Assembly (NCBI RefSeq): GCF_963921235.1
Contig: NC_086102.1
Coordinates: 28,458,001-28,522,000, forward strand
Direction: 5' to 3'
DNA: 64,000 nt
Source of the DNA: Mobula hypostoma
Taxonomy: Eukaryota
Part shown: in pieces, positions 62,650-64,000 of the stretch
Layout of the letters: the number at the start of each line of letters is the position of its first letter
Position numbering within the stretch: position 1 is the stretch's first letter
Program-made: the position numbers and the translations under genes
The notes under the pieces: model-generated
Seen by the model: the letters and a program-made list of their open reading frames with translations, nothing else
What the model was told of the DNA's origin: nothing
The model's database searches: none

Positions 62650-63525
62650 AGAACATAAAACAAAGAAATCTACAGCACATTACAGGCCCTTCAGCCCACA
62701 ATGTTGTGCCGACCATGTAAACTACTCTAGAAACTGCCTAGTATTACCCTAACACGTAGCCCTCCATTTTTCTAAACTCCTTGTACCTATCTAAGAGTCT
62801 CTTAAAAGACCCTACTGTATCCGCCTCCACCACTGTTGCTAGCAGTATATTCCACACCCCCACCACTCTCTGTGTAAAAAAAAACTTACCTCTGACATCC
62901 CCCCCTTGTACCTACTTCCAAGCACCTGAAAACTATGCCCCCTCGTGTTAGCCACTTCAGCCGTGGGAAAGCCTCTGGCTATCCACACGATCAATGCCTC
63001 TCATCATCTTATACACCTCTATCAGGTCACCTCTCATCCTCCGTCGCTCCAAGTAGAAAAGACCAAGTTCATTCTACCTATTCTCATAAGACATGCTCTC
63101 CAATCCAGGCAACATCCTTGTAAATCTCCTCTGCACTCTCCTGTAGTGAGGTGACCAGAACTGAATACTGTACTCCAGGTGGGGTCTAACTAAGGTCTTA
63201 TATAGCTGTAATATTACCTCATGGCTCTTGAACTTAATCGCATGGTTGATGAATGCCAACACACCATACGCCTTCTTAACAACACCGTCAACCTGTGCAG
63301 CAGTTTTGAGTGTCTTATGGACACAGACCCCAAGATCTTGCTGATCCTCCACAGGGCAAGGGTCTTGCCATTAACATTATATTCTGTCTTCAAATTTGAC
63401 CTACCAGAATGAACCTCTTCACATTTATCTGGGTTGAAGTCCATCTACCATTTCTCATCCCAGTTCTGCATCCTATTGTTGTCACGCTGTAACATATGAC
63501 AACACTCCAGACTATCCAACAACAA
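62650..63525 (-). mobile_element. CR1 LINE 3' fragment
   Basis: FNPDKCE, LYKTLVRPHLEY.IQFWSPHY, RRFTRMLPGL. Confidence 0.88.
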
Positions 63526-63599
63526 CTTTCGAGTCAAAATTCATTGCTTGAATTTTCTCAGCAGACTTGTTTAATCCTTGTGTGTTAATTGTGTGACTA

Positions 63600-63775
63600 C
63601 AGTAAGTGATGCTTGGTTTAAAGAACCCATACATTATGTTATGCTCTGAGCCCATAATCTAATCTTTTTAACACTGTTTTGAGGCTTTGGAGATGTTCCT
63701 TGTTATCTTTACTGGTAACAATAATGTCATTCAGGTAATACTGATGCCTGGGCAGCCTTGCAACACCTAGTAAAT
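63600..63775 (-). mobile_element. Gypsy LTR-retrotransposon reverse transcriptase fragment
   Basis: QYYLNDIIVTSKDNKEHLQSLKTVLKRL.YGL is a decayed YLDDIIV...EHL..L..VL.RL motif. Confidence 0.8.
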
Positions 63776-64000
63776 TGCTTTCTTTCTTTTTGGCGTGTGC
63801 GTGCGTGTGTGTGCGATGTTGGCGGGACGATGTCTTGTTCATGCCTTTACAAGGCGCGGAGCGAGAGAGAGACCGTGTGGTGCCCCACCCCTCACACAGA
63901 CATTTTGCAGTACTTTTCTCTTTTATTTTACAAGGTCGAGTTGCGATCTCGACACTCAACCCAGCACGGATGGAAAGCGTACTCGGGAGCAGCCCCGACT

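Noticed and set aside
1-64000. CRISPR array, operon or other prokaryotic system
   Set aside because: No regularly spaced repeat-spacer arrays or dense ORF packing; the window is spliceosomal gene structure plus eukaryotic TEs.

Overview
This is eukaryotic (vertebrate) genomic DNA, not prokaryotic. The repeat content (CR1 and Rex1/Babar LINEs, V-SINE/HE1-like SINEs, Penelope-like elements) suggests a cartilaginous fish, probably a ray; this is inference. One host gene is supported: EVA1C on the minus strand. I located seven coding exons by hand (40910-40705, 34099-33976, 31474-31325, 14341-14198, 10757-10683, 9610-9518, 8488-8067). All are GT-AG bounded and phase-compatible, giving 1214 nt (~404 aa): two SUEL/rhamnose-binding lectin domains, a transmembrane helix and the EVA1/FAM176 tail. 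The first coding exon was not found. The rest is mostly nested transposon debris: CR1 LINEs (one young copy at ~57.7-61.0 kb), Rex1/Babar fragments, two solo LTRs, an ~80-bp hAT MITE family and a hAT deletion derivative. The most interesting signal is a family of Neptune-type Penelope-like element (PLE) ends carrying a minimal hammerhead ribozyme. They occur as a graded series of insertions from 14 bp to ~1 kb, most with 12-15 bp target duplications, and often as asymmetric fold-backs whose inversion point lies in or beside the ribozyme. Second is a GC-rich 433-bp non-coding retroelement with complementary ends. PLE hammerheads and inverted pseudo-LTRs are known in general, so I found no evidence of a wholly new system. 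Almost all ORFs in the supplied track are TE fragments or chance ORFs. Repeat boundaries lacking a TSD are approximate, and family names come from recall rather than database searches.
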